Numbered from the stretch's first letter, positions 12,887 to 23,433 are shown. The stretch: 64,000 nucleotides of DNA from Nitrospiraceae bacterium (GCA_050246315.1 JBFWWG010000001.1:544001-608000), one strand, 5' to 3'. Program-made: numbers and translations. Notes: generated from the letters alone by a model not told the origin.

Positions 12887-15800
12887 TTAGGGAGTTGCCG
12901 GCGGTGTTCCGACTGTGAATCCGCCCCAGAGTCCGCCGGACCACATGTGACTCGGCCCATCTCGGTAGAGCCAATATCCCTCGTGGGCACTGGGAATCGT
13001 CACCGTCATCGCCTTGCCGACCGAGATCAATGGACTGTGTGGCGAACCGTAGTACGGCAAGATGTCCTGGAAATCGTGTCCGTAAACCAAAAACGCATGC
13101 TGTCGATTTCTACCATGCGGCTGGAGGACGCGGAATCGGACTTCTTCACCGGGAGCGGCAGTATATTCCGTCGTCGGGATCGGCTTGTACTGTGGGGTGA
13201 AGAAATTCGTCGGATAGAATGCCTCGTTCAAATTGGCATCGTCCGCCTGCTCCAACCGGACATGGAACGGCGCTGTATTGTAGTTGAACGCCTTCTCGCC
13301 AAGATCGTACGAATCGTCGCAGATGCGACATTTCTTGATCGGCCCAGTCGGTCTATCGGATTTCGATTGGTGGAGGTTCAACCCATCGCGGTACATGACG
13401 ACGTGTTCGCGGAAAGGATGCTTCATGCCAGGGTATCGAATCACCGCTGAGATGCCTCCATTCGGCACCTGATCTCCAGTTGAGGGATCGTGGTAGGTGG
13501 CGCCCGCCGGTTCGATGATCAACGTTCCGACAAGGCCATGCGGCGGTTGATTGACGATATCCCCCCAGGAGGTGAGGTTCACCGGACCGAATTCTTTCGG
13601 CTCGTGCTTGTGGCGATTTCCCTCGACCGTGACGACTCCGGCATACCAATAAAACGTGCTCGTCTCACCGGGCCCCAGCGGGCTCTCTCCGTTGTAGCCG
13701 ACAGCGGCTCCGTTATATCGGGACACGTTGTACGACACGAGTTGAGGATGCAACGTGACGAATGTTGAGGATTGGACACTGCCTGCGCCTTGTCCTCCCT
13801 CCTCCGGATCGTGATCCACGTTGAGCGGTACGATTTTCGGCATGAGCGCATCACCGGCCGCGCCAGCTAGGGCTGCAGGCAATCGATTCGTCAACACGAT
13901 CTTGATGCAGTCGCCCGCGTTGGCCCGGAGCACCAATGGATCAATCGGATCTTTGACGGTCTGATTATTCAACCGTGCCCTATAGTGGTCTTGTCGTTCC
14001 TTCCTGAGCGCCGACAGGCTCGTGTCATCATGGGGCTTCTGTCCGACAGGAAGCCGATCCAAGAGAATGAAGGCGAGGGGATCAGGATCAAAGACATCGG
14101 CCTTTCGGTCATAGGGTAACGTGGAACCCAACCAGTCGCGGATACTGACTGCATCGATATAGAAGGTGACCTCGGTCGTCTTCCCCTCCGCAGCCAATTG
14201 CTTGAAGTTTGGAGGAATCGGACAGGTGCCATCGTACAGGTCCTGCTCCGGCACAAGATCAAGTTTCCCAGACGGATTCTGACCGAGCGGCTTCAACCGA
14301 GCGCCGATCGGTTTGTATGCAGGATCGCCCTTCTTCAAATCGTGCGGCGTCTTGCCGACCAATGCCGTTGTTGTCAGCCCATGAGGATCGACCGCCTGAC
14401 GCCCGTTATAGGCACGAATGAATCCCCACGTCCCATTCCATAGATCATCAACCGGTCCAAAATCATAGAGGTAATCCACGAACTGAAGGCCGCGCGCCAC
14501 GTTGCCGAACCCGAGCTTCATCTCGAAGTGCTCCGAGATCCCGATTTCCTGCGCCGCGACCAGCGGTGACTGTTCGTTGGCGATCTCACGAGGCCACCGC
14601 ATACCATGAATGTTCAGCATATGCTGCACCTCTTGGGCGCCTTGGATTACGCGCAACTGCGCCAACTCGCCCTCATAGCCTTCGAATATTTCCGATGCCG
14701 GATCACCGTGCACTCGCGAATCGAACAGAAAGGCCATGTCGCCGCACAGCCCCGCCTGTTCGGGACGACAATTGCCCGGATTCTTTTGCTGCTTGATGCT
14801 ACCATCCGAGTCGCGCAGTCCGATGCGAAGCGGAATCGGCTCGTGCCGATAGTTCACCAGATACGGGTTGTGATGGTCCTTCGAAATCGCCTCCGGCAGT
14901 GACGGTGGATCGACCGGCCGTCCATGCTCTTTCCAGTAGCCTTCAGCGTGTTGCGTGAGTTCCTTCACCGTCGGTTCATCGATCTTCGCTACACGCGCCT
15001 TCTCAATCAGGTGCTGCATGCCGTGGAGCGCTACGCGCGCCGGATCATCGCCCCGCTGTCTGTGAGGATCGTACAACAGGGCAAAATCCGCGATCGCCAG
15101 AGCGAACTCGCGATGATCCGGATGCAGCTTCCGATGTTGGGCGTTCACAATCATGGCCTGGGTGCCGACGCCATCCGTTAGCTCATCGCCGTTCGGCTTG
15201 AGCCATCTCGAGCCGGAGGGTTCGATCAACAGGGCGCTGTAGAAGCCATGATGCTGGATCGATGAGGGACCGAAATGGTCGTGTGTGAATACGGTGCGAA
15301 TGGTCCGATCGCGACAAGCCTTCGGAGCCTGTGACGGCTGGCCTCGCACGCCGCCACTTGCCTCACAGGTCTTCAGATCCTCCATCAACGGATCGGCAAA
15401 CCAACGCTGGATCGTGGTTTGATACTCGTTCGGCCCCGGAGTCGCCAGCGTGATCGGTTGCCCTTGCGGATCAACGGCCTGTCCAGCGGGCTGATGAGAT
15501 GCTTCAATTCGTTCACGAATCGCACCCTGAGCGAACGTCCCGTCCTCATAGTTCCACCCGTTCCCTGATCCGTCCGATGACATCACATCGAACTTCACGA
15601 GATGGATGTGCTGGCCGATGGTGTCGGTCGGCGTCTTGACCTGAAAATCATCCAACTCCAGCTCATGGGAGCTGCGATTGGTGTGGCGATAGCGAATACA
15701 TTCGCCGGAATTCGCACGGAAGAAGAACGGCTTGGCCTGGTCGGTCTTCGCCCGGGCCCTTCCCTGTTGATCGACGTATTTGCCGACATCCTGATCTAAG

Positions 15801-18109
15801 ACGTTAATCCGCCCTTGCGGGTCATGCCAGCCGTCGTGATTCACGACCATATCGACGTCGATGGCGGACACGTCGTAGTCGCGATAGACAAGATTGCCAT
15901 TCCGATCGATTTGTCCGGCCAGATTGGCGACATTGATATCGCAGGGATCGGCGAACGGCGCACCAGGTTGCGGCGGGCGTCCATTCACTTCGAATACCGC
16001 TGGTGTGCCATCCGGCTTGACGGTGGGATGGCCGGACGCCTTGGCATGAAACGCCATCGCCGCCTGTTCTACCGCCGTTCCACTCGGAGGAAGCAGTTCG
16101 ATTTGGGCCGACTCCAACTTCACCGTCATGTCGCCGGTCGACAAGGCTCGATTCAAGACGTCGTGCCCGCGTTGAGATGCCGGCATAGCTTGAATCTGAG
16201 CGTGAGTCAGATGAGAGACGGATCTGGTCCCTCCTGTGACTACATGCCTCGGCAACCCGCCGTCATGCACCATATCCATCGGCGGCTGTGGGGCACGGTG
16301 TCCGGCCTTTCCCGGTATGAAAAAGGGATACCCCGGGTTTTGATTAGGTCCATAGTTAGGCGCAGGCGGCATCGCCTGATCTGGTAACGGGATCACCGCC
16401 GGCACAGGTGTGCCCTTGTCGGGATTCGTGGTTCCGGTCATAGGATCGGTGCCTGGCCCGAGTTCGCCGTCCGGCAAGCGACGTGACCCGTCCTCAAACA
16501 CGTCATGGACTCGCCACAACTCCCACATACCCTGGGCGAAGTGGGGATAGAGGTGACAATGAAAAATCGAATCGCCCGGTGTTTTATTTCGGTTGCCGCT
16601 TCCACCGTAGAAAATCGGATAGACAAAGCCTTGCTGCGGGGCGATGGTCTGTGAATCAAGATAGGTTCCGGTGCCGGTCTCCTGCTGAGCCAGCCATTGG
16701 TGGGCATGCAAGTGAAAGACGTGGGTTTCCTTCGGTCCGGCATGAAGATTCCGGAATTCTACGCGATCATTGAGATAGGAATGATGGACGTTTGACGGAT
16801 CGTCGGCAAATTCTGGCAGCAGCGCCGGATCGCCGTTGGCCCACGATTCGAGGAAGAATTCTTCATACGCGCATTCCACGCAGTTCTTGGCCGGGCCGAT
16901 TCCCTTTCGATTCGCCAGGAGGATCGTCCCCATCCCGCTGGCGCCGTAGTTGATCCCGAAGCCGTCCCGTACGCCGGCCAAGGTAAAGGATTGTTCCAGC
17001 TCCGTAAACTCGTCACGGTAGAAGGTCTTCAGCTCATCGTGAAACACCGCCGTGAACTCTCTGAATGCGGGAGATTCGGGCAGCTTATGGTCCACGACGA
17101 TCGCATTCAGATCGCCATGAACGAGGTCGAAGTCCTGCGGGCCGCGCTGCCGGAGCATATTCAGGATGGGAGTTCCATCGGCTTCCACAGCCGCATAGTT
17201 CAGCGACGCCGATCCTTGACGCTGATCCCTCACACGCGCGTACTCGGCATGGGTGGTTTGGCTCCGATACCACTCGCTGCCGTACGGTTCGACATGCAAC
17301 GCTCCGAAGAGCCCATGTACGAGGCTGCCGCCATCCCCTTCTCCTCCCGCTGGTGCGGAATTACTGAAAAACAGGTGTGTTGAAGGCTTAGCCGACGGAG
17401 AGATGTGCCACTGATAGGTGATCGACTGACCTGGGGCAATGCCGGCAATACCAGTGGTCCTCGGGTCAAACGTATTTCCAGCAGACGTGAGACCGGAGAC
17501 GGTGATCGAGGCACAACGGGTGCGCGGCCAGTCATTGCGCCGGTCGGCGGGGTTCGGTGGACGTCCGGTCGCCAGTTCGGAGCCGCATCCCTTCCCCGCA
17601 GCCTCACCGGTAATGATCGATCCTGGTTCTTCTTCCTCTTCGGGTTCTCCCGGCAGCGGTTCTAATTCTCTCTCGTTCAGGTTTGTGTATGGTGGCGGCC
17701 AGTGCTTGGAACTCAGATCAGGCTGTTCGGGTGACAACATGTTGGTGAAACGAACCACGAGATGATCGCCGGGAGCCACCCGCAAAACGAGCGGTCGTGG
17801 ACGTTTCCCATCTCTGAGACGTACCTCGCCCGGTTTTGACTGGTCGTTCATCGGGCTGCCATCGGAGTTCACCACGTCGCGCTTCAAGGCATAGATCATT
17901 CCGTACGGGTTCATCGAGCCGAAGCGGTTGTAGATGATCGGGCTGTCCAGCGCCACGACCTCGGCATGGATGGTGCGCTCGGCCGACGGCATCGGGTGCA
18001 ACGAGGTGCAGGCGGTGGCCGCCAACCCAATCGCCACCATCACAAACCGGCAGGTGTGCCGGAACGGGCGGGGTGAACGGAATGCGGGTGTGAACATCAC
18101 AGTAGCCAT
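12887..18109 (-). CDS. Very large multicopper oxidase, MnxG-like (candidate Mn(II) oxidase), probable lipoprotein
   Basis: Cu motifs HVFHLHAHQW, FHCHLYPHFAQGMW, GQHIHLVKFD, VFTHDHFGPS; N-terminal DGKRPRPLVLR; lipobox-like LAATAC; AGGAGG RBS. Confidence 0.85.
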   Translation of the reverse strand: MATVMFTPAFRSPRPFRHTCRFVMVAIGLAATACTSLHPMPSAERTIHAEVVALDSPIIYNRFGSMNPYGMIYALKRDVVNSDGSPMNDQSKPGEVRLRDGKRPRPLVLRVAPGDHLVVRFTNMLSPEQPDLSSKHWPPPYTNLNERELEPLPGEPEEEEEPGSIITGEAAGKGCGSELATGRPPNPADRRNDWPRTRCASITVSGLTSAGNTFDPRTTGIAGIAPGQSITYQWHISPSAKPSTHLFFSNSAPAGGEGDGGSLVHGLFGALHVEPYGSEWYRSQTTHAEYARVRDQRQGSASLNYAAVEADGTPILNMLRQRGPQDFDLVHGDLNAIVVDHKLPESPAFREFTAVFHDELKTFYRDEFTELEQSFTLAGVRDGFGINYGASGMGTILLANRKGIGPAKNCVECAYEEFFLESWANGDPALLPEFADDPSNVHHSYLNDRVEFRNLHAGPKETHVFHLHAHQWLAQQETGTGTYLDSQTIAPQQGFVYPIFYGGSGNRNKTPGDSIFHCHLYPHFAQGMWELWRVHDVFEDGSRRLPDGELGPGTDPMTGTTNPDKGTPVPAVIPLPDQAMPPAPNYGPNQNPGYPFFIPGKAGHRAPQPPMDMVHDGGLPRHVVTGGTRSVSHLTHAQIQAMPASQRGHDVLNRALSTGDMTVKLESAQIELLPPSGTAVEQAAMAFHAKASGHPTVKPDGTPAVFEVNGRPPQPGAPFADPCDINVANLAGQIDRNGNLVYRDYDVSAIDVDMVVNHDGWHDPQGRINVLDQDVGKYVDQQGRARAKTDQAKPFFFRANSGECIRYRHTNRSSHELELDDFQVKTPTDTIGQHIHLVKFDVMSSDGSGNGWNYEDGTFAQGAIRERIEASHQPAGQAVDPQGQPITLATPGPNEYQTTIQRWFADPLMEDLKTCEASGGVRGQPSQAPKACRDRTIRTVFTHDHFGPSSIQHHGFYSALLIEPSGSRWLKPNGDELTDGVGTQAMIVNAQHRKLHPDHREFALAIADFALLYDPHRQRGDDPARVALHGMQHLIEKARVAKIDEPTVKELTQHAEGYWKEHGRPVDPPSLPEAISKDHHNPYLVNYRHEPIPLRIGLRDSDGSIKQQKNPGNCRPEQAGLCGDMAFLFDSRVHGDPASEIFEGYEGELAQLRVIQGAQEVQHMLNIHGMRWPREIANEQSPLVAAQEIGISEHFEMKLGFGNVARGLQFVDYLYDFGPVDDLWNGTWGFIRAYNGRQAVDPHGLTTTALVGKTPHDLKKGDPAYKPIGARLKPLGQNPSGKLDLVPEQDLYDGTCPIPPNFKQLAAEGKTTEVTFYIDAVSIRDWLGSTLPYDRKADVFDPDPLAFILLDRLPVGQKPHDDTSLSALRKERQDHYRARLNNQTVKDPIDPLVLRANAGDCIKIVLTNRLPAALAGAAGDALMPKIVPLNVDHDPEEGGQGAGSVQSSTFVTLHPQLVSYNVSRYNGAAVGYNGESPLGPGETSTFYWYAGVVTVEGNRHKHEPKEFGPVNLTSWGDIVNQPPHGLVGTLIIEPAGATYHDPSTGDQVPNGGISAVIRYPGMKHPFREHVVMYRDGLNLHQSKSDRPTGPIKKCRICDDSYDLGEKAFNYNTAPFHVRLEQADDANLNEAFYPTNFFTPQYKPIPTTEYTAAPGEEVRFRVLQPHGRNRQHAFLVYGHDFQDILPYYGSPHSPLISVGKAMTVTIPSAHEGYWLYRDGPSHMWSGGLWGGFTVGTPPATP

Positions 18110-18149
18110 ACGAGACCTCCTGAAGTTGAGACTGGCAGACGTTGCCGAC

Positions 18150-18788
18150 TCACTCTATCGTGATGCAATCGAGCAAGAGCGCCGATGGGCGCGCGTCGGC
18201 GCCAGGTCGAGGCAGTGGAATCGATGTCGAGATGCCGTTCGAGGCAATCCATCGGAGGGTGCCGGAGAACGGCGTCTGTGGACGCCAGGAGAATGCCTGC
18301 CAGTCGGTGTACCAACGGTTCTGTCGTTCCAATTCGAGGGATTGAGCCAGAATAGCTTGGTAGGTCGATGGCTGATCGACCTTGTCGTCCGCATAGGCGG
18401 CGAAGACCGCAAAGTCGTTTGCGGGGGACCAATCGAAACGGAGAAAGGCCCAATGGAACCAAAGGGCTTGGCCGGGAGTGATGAGGACCGATCGACATTC
18501 CAGAATGGCTCCATCTTTTCCAAGGGTCGTGCGGCCGTCCGCGTCGGGCGTGATCCTCCAGGCGCCGGTGTCAGCCGGTGGGTAGCCGGCTGCTTCAGCG
18601 GTGCGCGCCCCATCTCCGTCGATTCCGCGAGGGTCGTCGAGGACGGCGAAATAGCTCCCGCTGACCGGCGAGAACGTGTGGATCTCATGGAAAGCCGTAA
18701 AGCATTTTGCGACCTGACATATTCCATAGGTTCGATACCCCTGGAAATCACCCTTTTCGAAATGCTCGTTCTGTTGCGGTAACGGCAT
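18150..18788 (-). CDS. Hypothetical beta-rich protein, probably co-transcribed with the oxidase
   Basis: AGGAGG RBS before ATG 18788; 40-bp gap to the oxidase; NEHFEKGDFQGY start and SALLLDCITI end resemble jelly-roll/CBM-like domains. Confidence 0.65.
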   Translation of the reverse strand: MPLPQQNEHFEKGDFQGYRTYGICQVAKCFTAFHEIHTFSPVSGSYFAVLDDPRGIDGDGARTAEAAGYPPADTGAWRITPDADGRTTLGKDGAILECRSVLITPGQALWFHWAFLRFDWSPANDFAVFAAYADDKVDQPSTYQAILAQSLELERQNRWYTDWQAFSWRPQTPFSGTLRWIASNGISTSIPLPRPGADARPSALLLDCITIE

Positions 18789-18855
18789 CGACAACCTCCT
18801 TCCTCGACGAGCCACTGATGCACGTAACACTCACAGATGCGTCGGACGCGAAGAG

Positions 18856-18871
18856 TGCAACTCAAATGCCA
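18856..18871 (-). promoter_or_regulatory. Sigma54 (-24/-12) promoter
   Basis: TGGCATTTGAGTTGCA on the minus strand matches TGGCACG-N4-TTGCW with exact GG/GC spacing, 67 nt upstream of ATG 18788. Confidence 0.7.
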
Positions 18872-19005
18872 GTCGGAAATGTGGAACATGAGAGAACATC
18901 GGCATCGGTACAAGAAGTGGCCTCATCATCACTAAAATCAGGGCTGGCGTGACCGATGGTTCTGGCCCGCTTGTGATCGGCCTGTACCAGAGGAGTGATA
19001 CCGCG

Positions 19006-19025
19006 CTGTATCGGATTCGATACAG
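19006..19025. promoter_or_regulatory. Palindromic enhancer-like site (candidate UAS for a sigma54 activator)
   Basis: CTGTATCG-GATT-CGATACAG perfect 8-bp IR with further GATAC/GTATC half-sites on each side, about 135-155 bp upstream of the sigma54 motif. Confidence 0.5.
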
Positions 19026-19108
19026 GGTGTATCTGATCAGGATGGGAACGGGAAGCGTGTTCGATTACGGGAGGTGAGAGCGACCCCGTGCGCGCGATCG
19101 ACAGGCGG

Positions 19109-19720
19109 CTACAAGTCGCGCTGCGCGGTCCGCTGGCGTTCGTGGTAAATCTCTAGGACTCTATCCACATACTGTTGAGTGGCCGTAATGGGAGGGATGC
19201 TGTCGTATCGGCCGACCCTCGTTTCGCCGGCATGGTAGGCGGCCAAGGCAAGGTCGAGGTTATCTCCGAATCGCACCAACAGATAGCGCAATTGCAAGGC
19301 GCCGCCTCGAATATTCTGGCTGGGATTCATCGGATTGGCGACCTGCCACGACAGCGCGGTTTCCGGCATGAGCTGCATGAGGCCGAGGGCTCCTTTCTCC
19401 GAGACCGCAAGGGGATTGAAGCTCGATTCGACTTGGATCACGGCGGCCAACAGAGCCGGATCGAGGCCGTACCACCGGGCATAGTGCTCGATGAGCGATT
19501 CAAATCGTGCACGATGGTTGGAGAATCCGGGATCCGAAGGCGGTCCCCAGATGGTGAGATGGGCCTGGTCGGTGATCGGCAGCACGATCAGGAGTGTCGT
19601 CAGGCTGAGCACCATGACGATGAGTCCACGCACCAGAGCATTCCTACGACGGCGGGGAATCCGGCGGCGGACTCGCGAGTTGGATAGTTCGATGCCGTAT
19701 TGCCTGAGGTCGAACGCCAT
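19109..19720 (-). CDS. Lytic transglycosylase (SLT domain)
   Basis: AVIQVESSFNPLAVSEKGALGLMQLMPETA, ALAAYHAG; N-terminal TM. Confidence 0.92.
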   Translation of the reverse strand: MAFDLRQYGIELSNSRVRRRIPRRRRNALVRGLIVMVLSLTTLLIVLPITDQAHLTIWGPPSDPGFSNHRARFESLIEHYARWYGLDPALLAAVIQVESSFNPLAVSEKGALGLMQLMPETALSWQVANPMNPSQNIRGGALQLRYLLVRFGDNLDLALAAYHAGETRVGRYDSIPPITATQQYVDRVLEIYHERQRTAQRDL

Positions 19721-20032
19721 TGGGAGTTCTCGCGAGACGAAGAAAGAGGGGGGACGAAATTCACCCCAGATACCCCATTACCCTACTGCGAGTCGAGGAG
19801 ACTTTCAAGTCATCGCTCGACTACCGATAGACCTTTCGAGTGGCGGTGTGTCGATAGCCCTATGATGGGCGGACGTCATCACGTGGGGCCGTCGCTTTGC
19901 AATGCGAGAGAGGGGTCATAGGCCGTCATGGTTTGAAAACGACACACAAGGTTGAACGGACTGATCTGGCAGGGACACTTTCAATGACTGGACTTCCCGG
20001 GGGAGTTGAGTCGGGCCTTGCCGATCTCCGCA

Positions 20033-21760
20033 TCAGAACCCCCGTCCGCCACCTCCGCCGAAGCCGCCGCCGGATGACCCGCCGCCGCTGAAGCCGGACC
20101 CGCCCGAGCTCCGCGGCGCCGACTGCATGGCGGCGCCGGCCCGTGCGGCCATCTGATCGAGACGGTTCACGAATCCGCGCGGATGAAATCCGGCCGCGTC
20201 GCCGCCTGTGTACCAGGCTGGCGGCTGCGTGACCATTGTCTCGAACGCCCGAACCCAGGTCTGCTCAACGCCCAACGCCATCGCGTAGGGCAGTAATTTC
20301 TCGAACAGCTCCGGTGTCTTGATCACGCGCGCGAACCGATCGGCCTCGACACGGGTCAGAAACTCTTCGAACCCGAGCACTTTCTCGAAGGTGCGGGTTC
20401 CGTGGATCGTCCTGGCCGGCATGATCCAACTAAATCCAAGCACGATGAGGCCGGAGAGAAGCGAAGCCAGGATGAAGGGCAGTTCCTGCATGCCGAGGTG
20501 CTGCGCAAGGACCGCTCCTCCCGCCGCACCCGCCAGCATGACGAAGAGGCCGGCAGTCCAATAGACCTGTTTCACCTTGTCGGGGCGTGAGCGATAGCAG
20601 CGGCGGTCCTGAAGCGCTTGAAACACGGCGTCATGAATGCCGGGGAGCGATCGATAGAATCGGTTTTCGAGATCGTCCAGACGCATCGATGGCGTGGCGC
20701 TGTCTGTGAACACGGCGCTCATGAGCCGCGCTTCGTGCGGCTTGAGCCCTGTTTCTTCTGATGCCGGGCGCACTCGGTGAAAGACGTACCCTCTATTGGT
20801 CCATAGCCCGAATAGCTGCGCCTCGTGCTGCTCCTCGATCCGCAGGAACCCGCGGACCGCGAGATCGACGAGCGTCGCGGTGATGTCGCGCATGTCGGTA
20901 GCATGATCGACCAACGTGCCGACCTCAGCCGGCGTCATGCCATCCGGCGGCCCGTAGGCCACGGCGATGGGCCGCAAGGTGGGATCGCGTCCGTGCCGGC
21001 GCCAGAGAGAGTACAAGATGGCCAAGACGAGAAGGGGCAGGCCGAGCGGCCAGTTACTCCAGAAGAATAGCCTGGTATTGTCGAGCGCATTCGGTTCCTT
21101 GACGAACCCCTTGTCCCATCCGACCACCGCCGTGAGGCCCTCGCGAAAGTCGAGCGGCCGGGGCGCACTGATCATAACGATGGGACCGCCGATCTCAACC
21201 TCCGCCTCCTGGTCGCGTCCTCCGTAGGCGCCGGTGAATGCAAGCGCTTTGACGCCGGTCACCGGCGCCGGCAGGATGATCCGGGCCGAAGCTCGGTCGA
21301 TCGGTATGTCCCATTCATCGCCGGTGACGTTCCAGTACAACTCATCGTGATCCGCGAAGAATCTGAGCCCGTTGCGGACCCGGTATTTCAAGACGACCGT
21401 CTTGGTTGCATCCGTGGCGCCTGGTACCCACACGCGGAGATTGCGGTAGGACCGCTGCCGGCTGCTCTCCAGCTTGAGCGGATTCCCTCGCTCGTCGGTG
21501 GCCGAAACCTCGTCGAGGATCAGCCGGTAGTTGAACCCTTGTGGCGTGCGGTAGTCGACCGGGATCTGCCGTTCGAGGCCGTTCCAGGCTCCTTCGAATC
21601 GGGGCCGGAGAGTCTCGGTCACGAGCAGATCGCCGGAGGTCAGAACCTGGAGCTCGACGTCGAAGCCGGCGAGCACGAGAGACCGTGCAAGCGCCGGGAA
21701 CGTCGCCGAGAAGCAGGCTAGGAAGAGGATCGCAATAGATAGGAATCGGGAGGCGCACAT
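20033..21760 (-). CDS. DUF2207-family membrane protein
   Basis: Signal peptide, [28 protein letters not shown], Gly/Ser-rich C-tail; adjacent to lemA. Confidence 0.85.
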   Translation of the reverse strand: MCASRFLSIAILFLACFSATFPALARSLVLAGFDVELQVLTSGDLLVTETLRPRFEGAWNGLERQIPVDYRTPQGFNYRLILDEVSATDERGNPLKLESSRQRSYRNLRVWVPGATDATKTVVLKYRVRNGLRFFADHDELYWNVTGDEWDIPIDRASARIILPAPVTGVKALAFTGAYGGRDQEAEVEIGGPIVMISAPRPLDFREGLTAVVGWDKGFVKEPNALDNTRLFFWSNWPLGLPLLVLAILYSLWRRHGRDPTLRPIAVAYGPPDGMTPAEVGTLVDHATDMRDITATLVDLAVRGFLRIEEQHEAQLFGLWTNRGYVFHRVRPASEETGLKPHEARLMSAVFTDSATPSMRLDDLENRFYRSLPGIHDAVFQALQDRRCYRSRPDKVKQVYWTAGLFVMLAGAAGGAVLAQHLGMQELPFILASLLSGLIVLGFSWIMPARTIHGTRTFEKVLGFEEFLTRVEADRFARVIKTPELFEKLLPYAMALGVEQTWVRAFETMVTQPPAWYTGGDAAGFHPRGFVNRLDQMAARAGAAMQSAPRSSGGSGFSGGGSSGGGFGGGGGRGF

Positions 21761-21793
21761 GGCCGATCAGTGGGGGAAAGGAGTCGTGTCAGG

Positions 21794-22357
21794 CTACCGG
21801 CCGATCGATTCGAAGGTGACGCGAGGCGGCTCTCGCTGCGCCGAGTTCTTCACTTCGAAAAATTGCCGGGGAGCAAATTGAAACATTCCGGCGATCACAT
21901 TTGTCGGGATCTCGGCGATCTTGGCGTTGTAGTCCCGGACCACCGCGTTGTAGTAACGCCGCGCGTTCTGGATCGCCTCCTCGATGCCGGTGAGGGTCGT
22001 CTGGAGTTGAGTGAAACTCTCAACCGCGCGCAGTTGTGGATAGGCTTCGGCCAGGGCAAAGAGGGATTTCAACGACTGGCCGAGCGTGCCTTCGGTCTCG
22101 GCTTTCTCGCCCGGTCCCTGTGCCGACATGGCCTTGGCCCGCGCGGTCATCACCGATTCCAAGACCTGCCGCTCGTGCCCGGCATAGCCCTTTACCGTTT
22201 CGACCACATTCGGAATCAGGTCATAGCGTCGCTTAAGTTGCACGTCGATGTCGGCCCAGGCGCTGTCGCAGGTTGTGCGCAACCGCACGAGCGCGTTGTA
22301 GAGGCCGATGACCAGCATCACCAGAGCCAGCACGATCAGCAGGACGATCCATCCCAT
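21794..22357 (-). CDS. lemA: LemA family protein
   Basis: YNALV, AWADIDVQLKRRYDLIPN, EAYPQL, RRYYNAVVRDYN. Confidence 0.93.
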   Translation of the reverse strand: MGWIVLLIVLALVMLVIGLYNALVRLRTTCDSAWADIDVQLKRRYDLIPNVVETVKGYAGHERQVLESVMTARAKAMSAQGPGEKAETEGTLGQSLKSLFALAEAYPQLRAVESFTQLQTTLTGIEEAIQNARRYYNAVVRDYNAKIAEIPTNVIAGMFQFAPRQFFEVKNSAQREPPRVTFESIGR

Positions 22358-22477
22358 TCCATCCCTCCATACCAAGCTTTGCTAGAACCGGCGGCTCATC
22401 GGGCGAAGCCCCTCTTCATTGCTGCCGCCGGAGAAACCCTCCAGTGCGACTTTCTCCTTCTGTGATACCAAGCTTTG

Positions 22478-22587
22478 CTAGTGTCCTGTCTCTAAAATTC
22501 GTCGAAGAAGTCCAGCATAGGAAGTTGTCATCAATCAAGCAGTTGGCTGCTAAAATTATGATGCGAATTTCGGAGTCAGGACACTAG
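22478..22587. mobile_element. MITE (family C) with CTAGTGTCCTG...CAGGACACTAG ends
   Basis: Perfect 11-bp terminal IR extending imperfectly to AAATTCG/CGAATTT; AT-rich non-coding interior. Confidence 0.75.
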
Positions 22588-22721
22588 CAGGCTGCAGAAA
22601 AACTCGATGTGTGTGCTTCGACAGGCTCAGCACGATCGGAAAAACCAGTATATTCAATGACTGCTCCGTTCGTCCTGAGGCCCTCGAAGGACGAACGGAG
22701 GGTTTTTCCGCAGCCTGTTAG
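22584..22721. mobile_element. MITE-like repeat family B (opposite orientation to the other copies)
   Basis: CTAGCAGGCTGC.GAAAAAC ... GTTTTTCCGCAGCCTGTTAG ends; close to the reverse complement of 49124-49261. Confidence 0.85.
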
Positions 22722-22773
22722 AACCGGCGGCTCCTCTTCGTCTCATCGAATATCCTGACGCTTACGTATCGCT

Positions 22774-23271
22774 CTAGGGCAGCACCGGACGAAGCGGCAG
22801 ATCAGGCGATTCCTCCGATGATGACTCGGGCGGGAGCGGCCAGATGCGCACGGCCATGGCCTGCACCTCGTTCGCGTTCATCACGGGAATTCGTCGGCCG
22901 TCCAGCGCCATGAAAAAGAGATCGCGGCCCGGTTGTTGGATCGTCACCTCGACGAGCACCTGCTCGCCGTCCGATACGTCAGGGTCCTTGACTAGCGGAA
23001 TCTGACAACGGCCCAACACCAGAACCGGAAGGGCTCCGGTCTGATCGATGACGCGGAACGAATAGGCCGCATAGCAGATGGTGCCGTTGTTCAGTTGATA
23101 GGGGTCGAAGGGACGCACGTTCTCGACGGTGCCTCGGACCAACACGTGATGAAGATGGTACCGATCCGGTGCGGCCAGCAACTCTTCGATCGGAACCGGT
23201 TCCCCGCTCTGGGCCCACGCTGGCCAGGGCCACAGGCACACCAGCAATATCAGCCATCGCGGATCGATCAT
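22774..23271 (-). CDS. Hypothetical exported protein (possible OB-fold)
   Basis: Signal peptide MIDPRWLILLVCLWPWPAWA; V.V.G.V-type beta pattern; no family recognised. Confidence 0.55.
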   Translation of the reverse strand: MIDPRWLILLVCLWPWPAWAQSGEPVPIEELLAAPDRYHLHHVLVRGTVENVRPFDPYQLNNGTICYAAYSFRVIDQTGALPVLVLGRCQIPLVKDPDVSDGEQVLVEVTIQQPGRDLFFMALDGRRIPVMNANEVQAMAVRIWPLPPESSSEESPDLPLRPVLP

Positions 23272-23433
23272 CGCGAGAGAGGACCAATGGGCGATGGGAT
23301 CTCCGCCTTTCGAACCGGCGCCATTCTGGCATTCTGTACCAATCTTCCCCGATCCGTCATGCATTCCGTACTCTTCTGCATCCGGCTATAATGCGCGACC
23401 ATTGGTATCCATGTAACCCAGGGGTGTGTCCCG

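Noticed and set aside
20033..20115. GCC-rich low-complexity repeat
   Set aside because: Encodes the normal Gly/Ser tail of DUF2207 proteins
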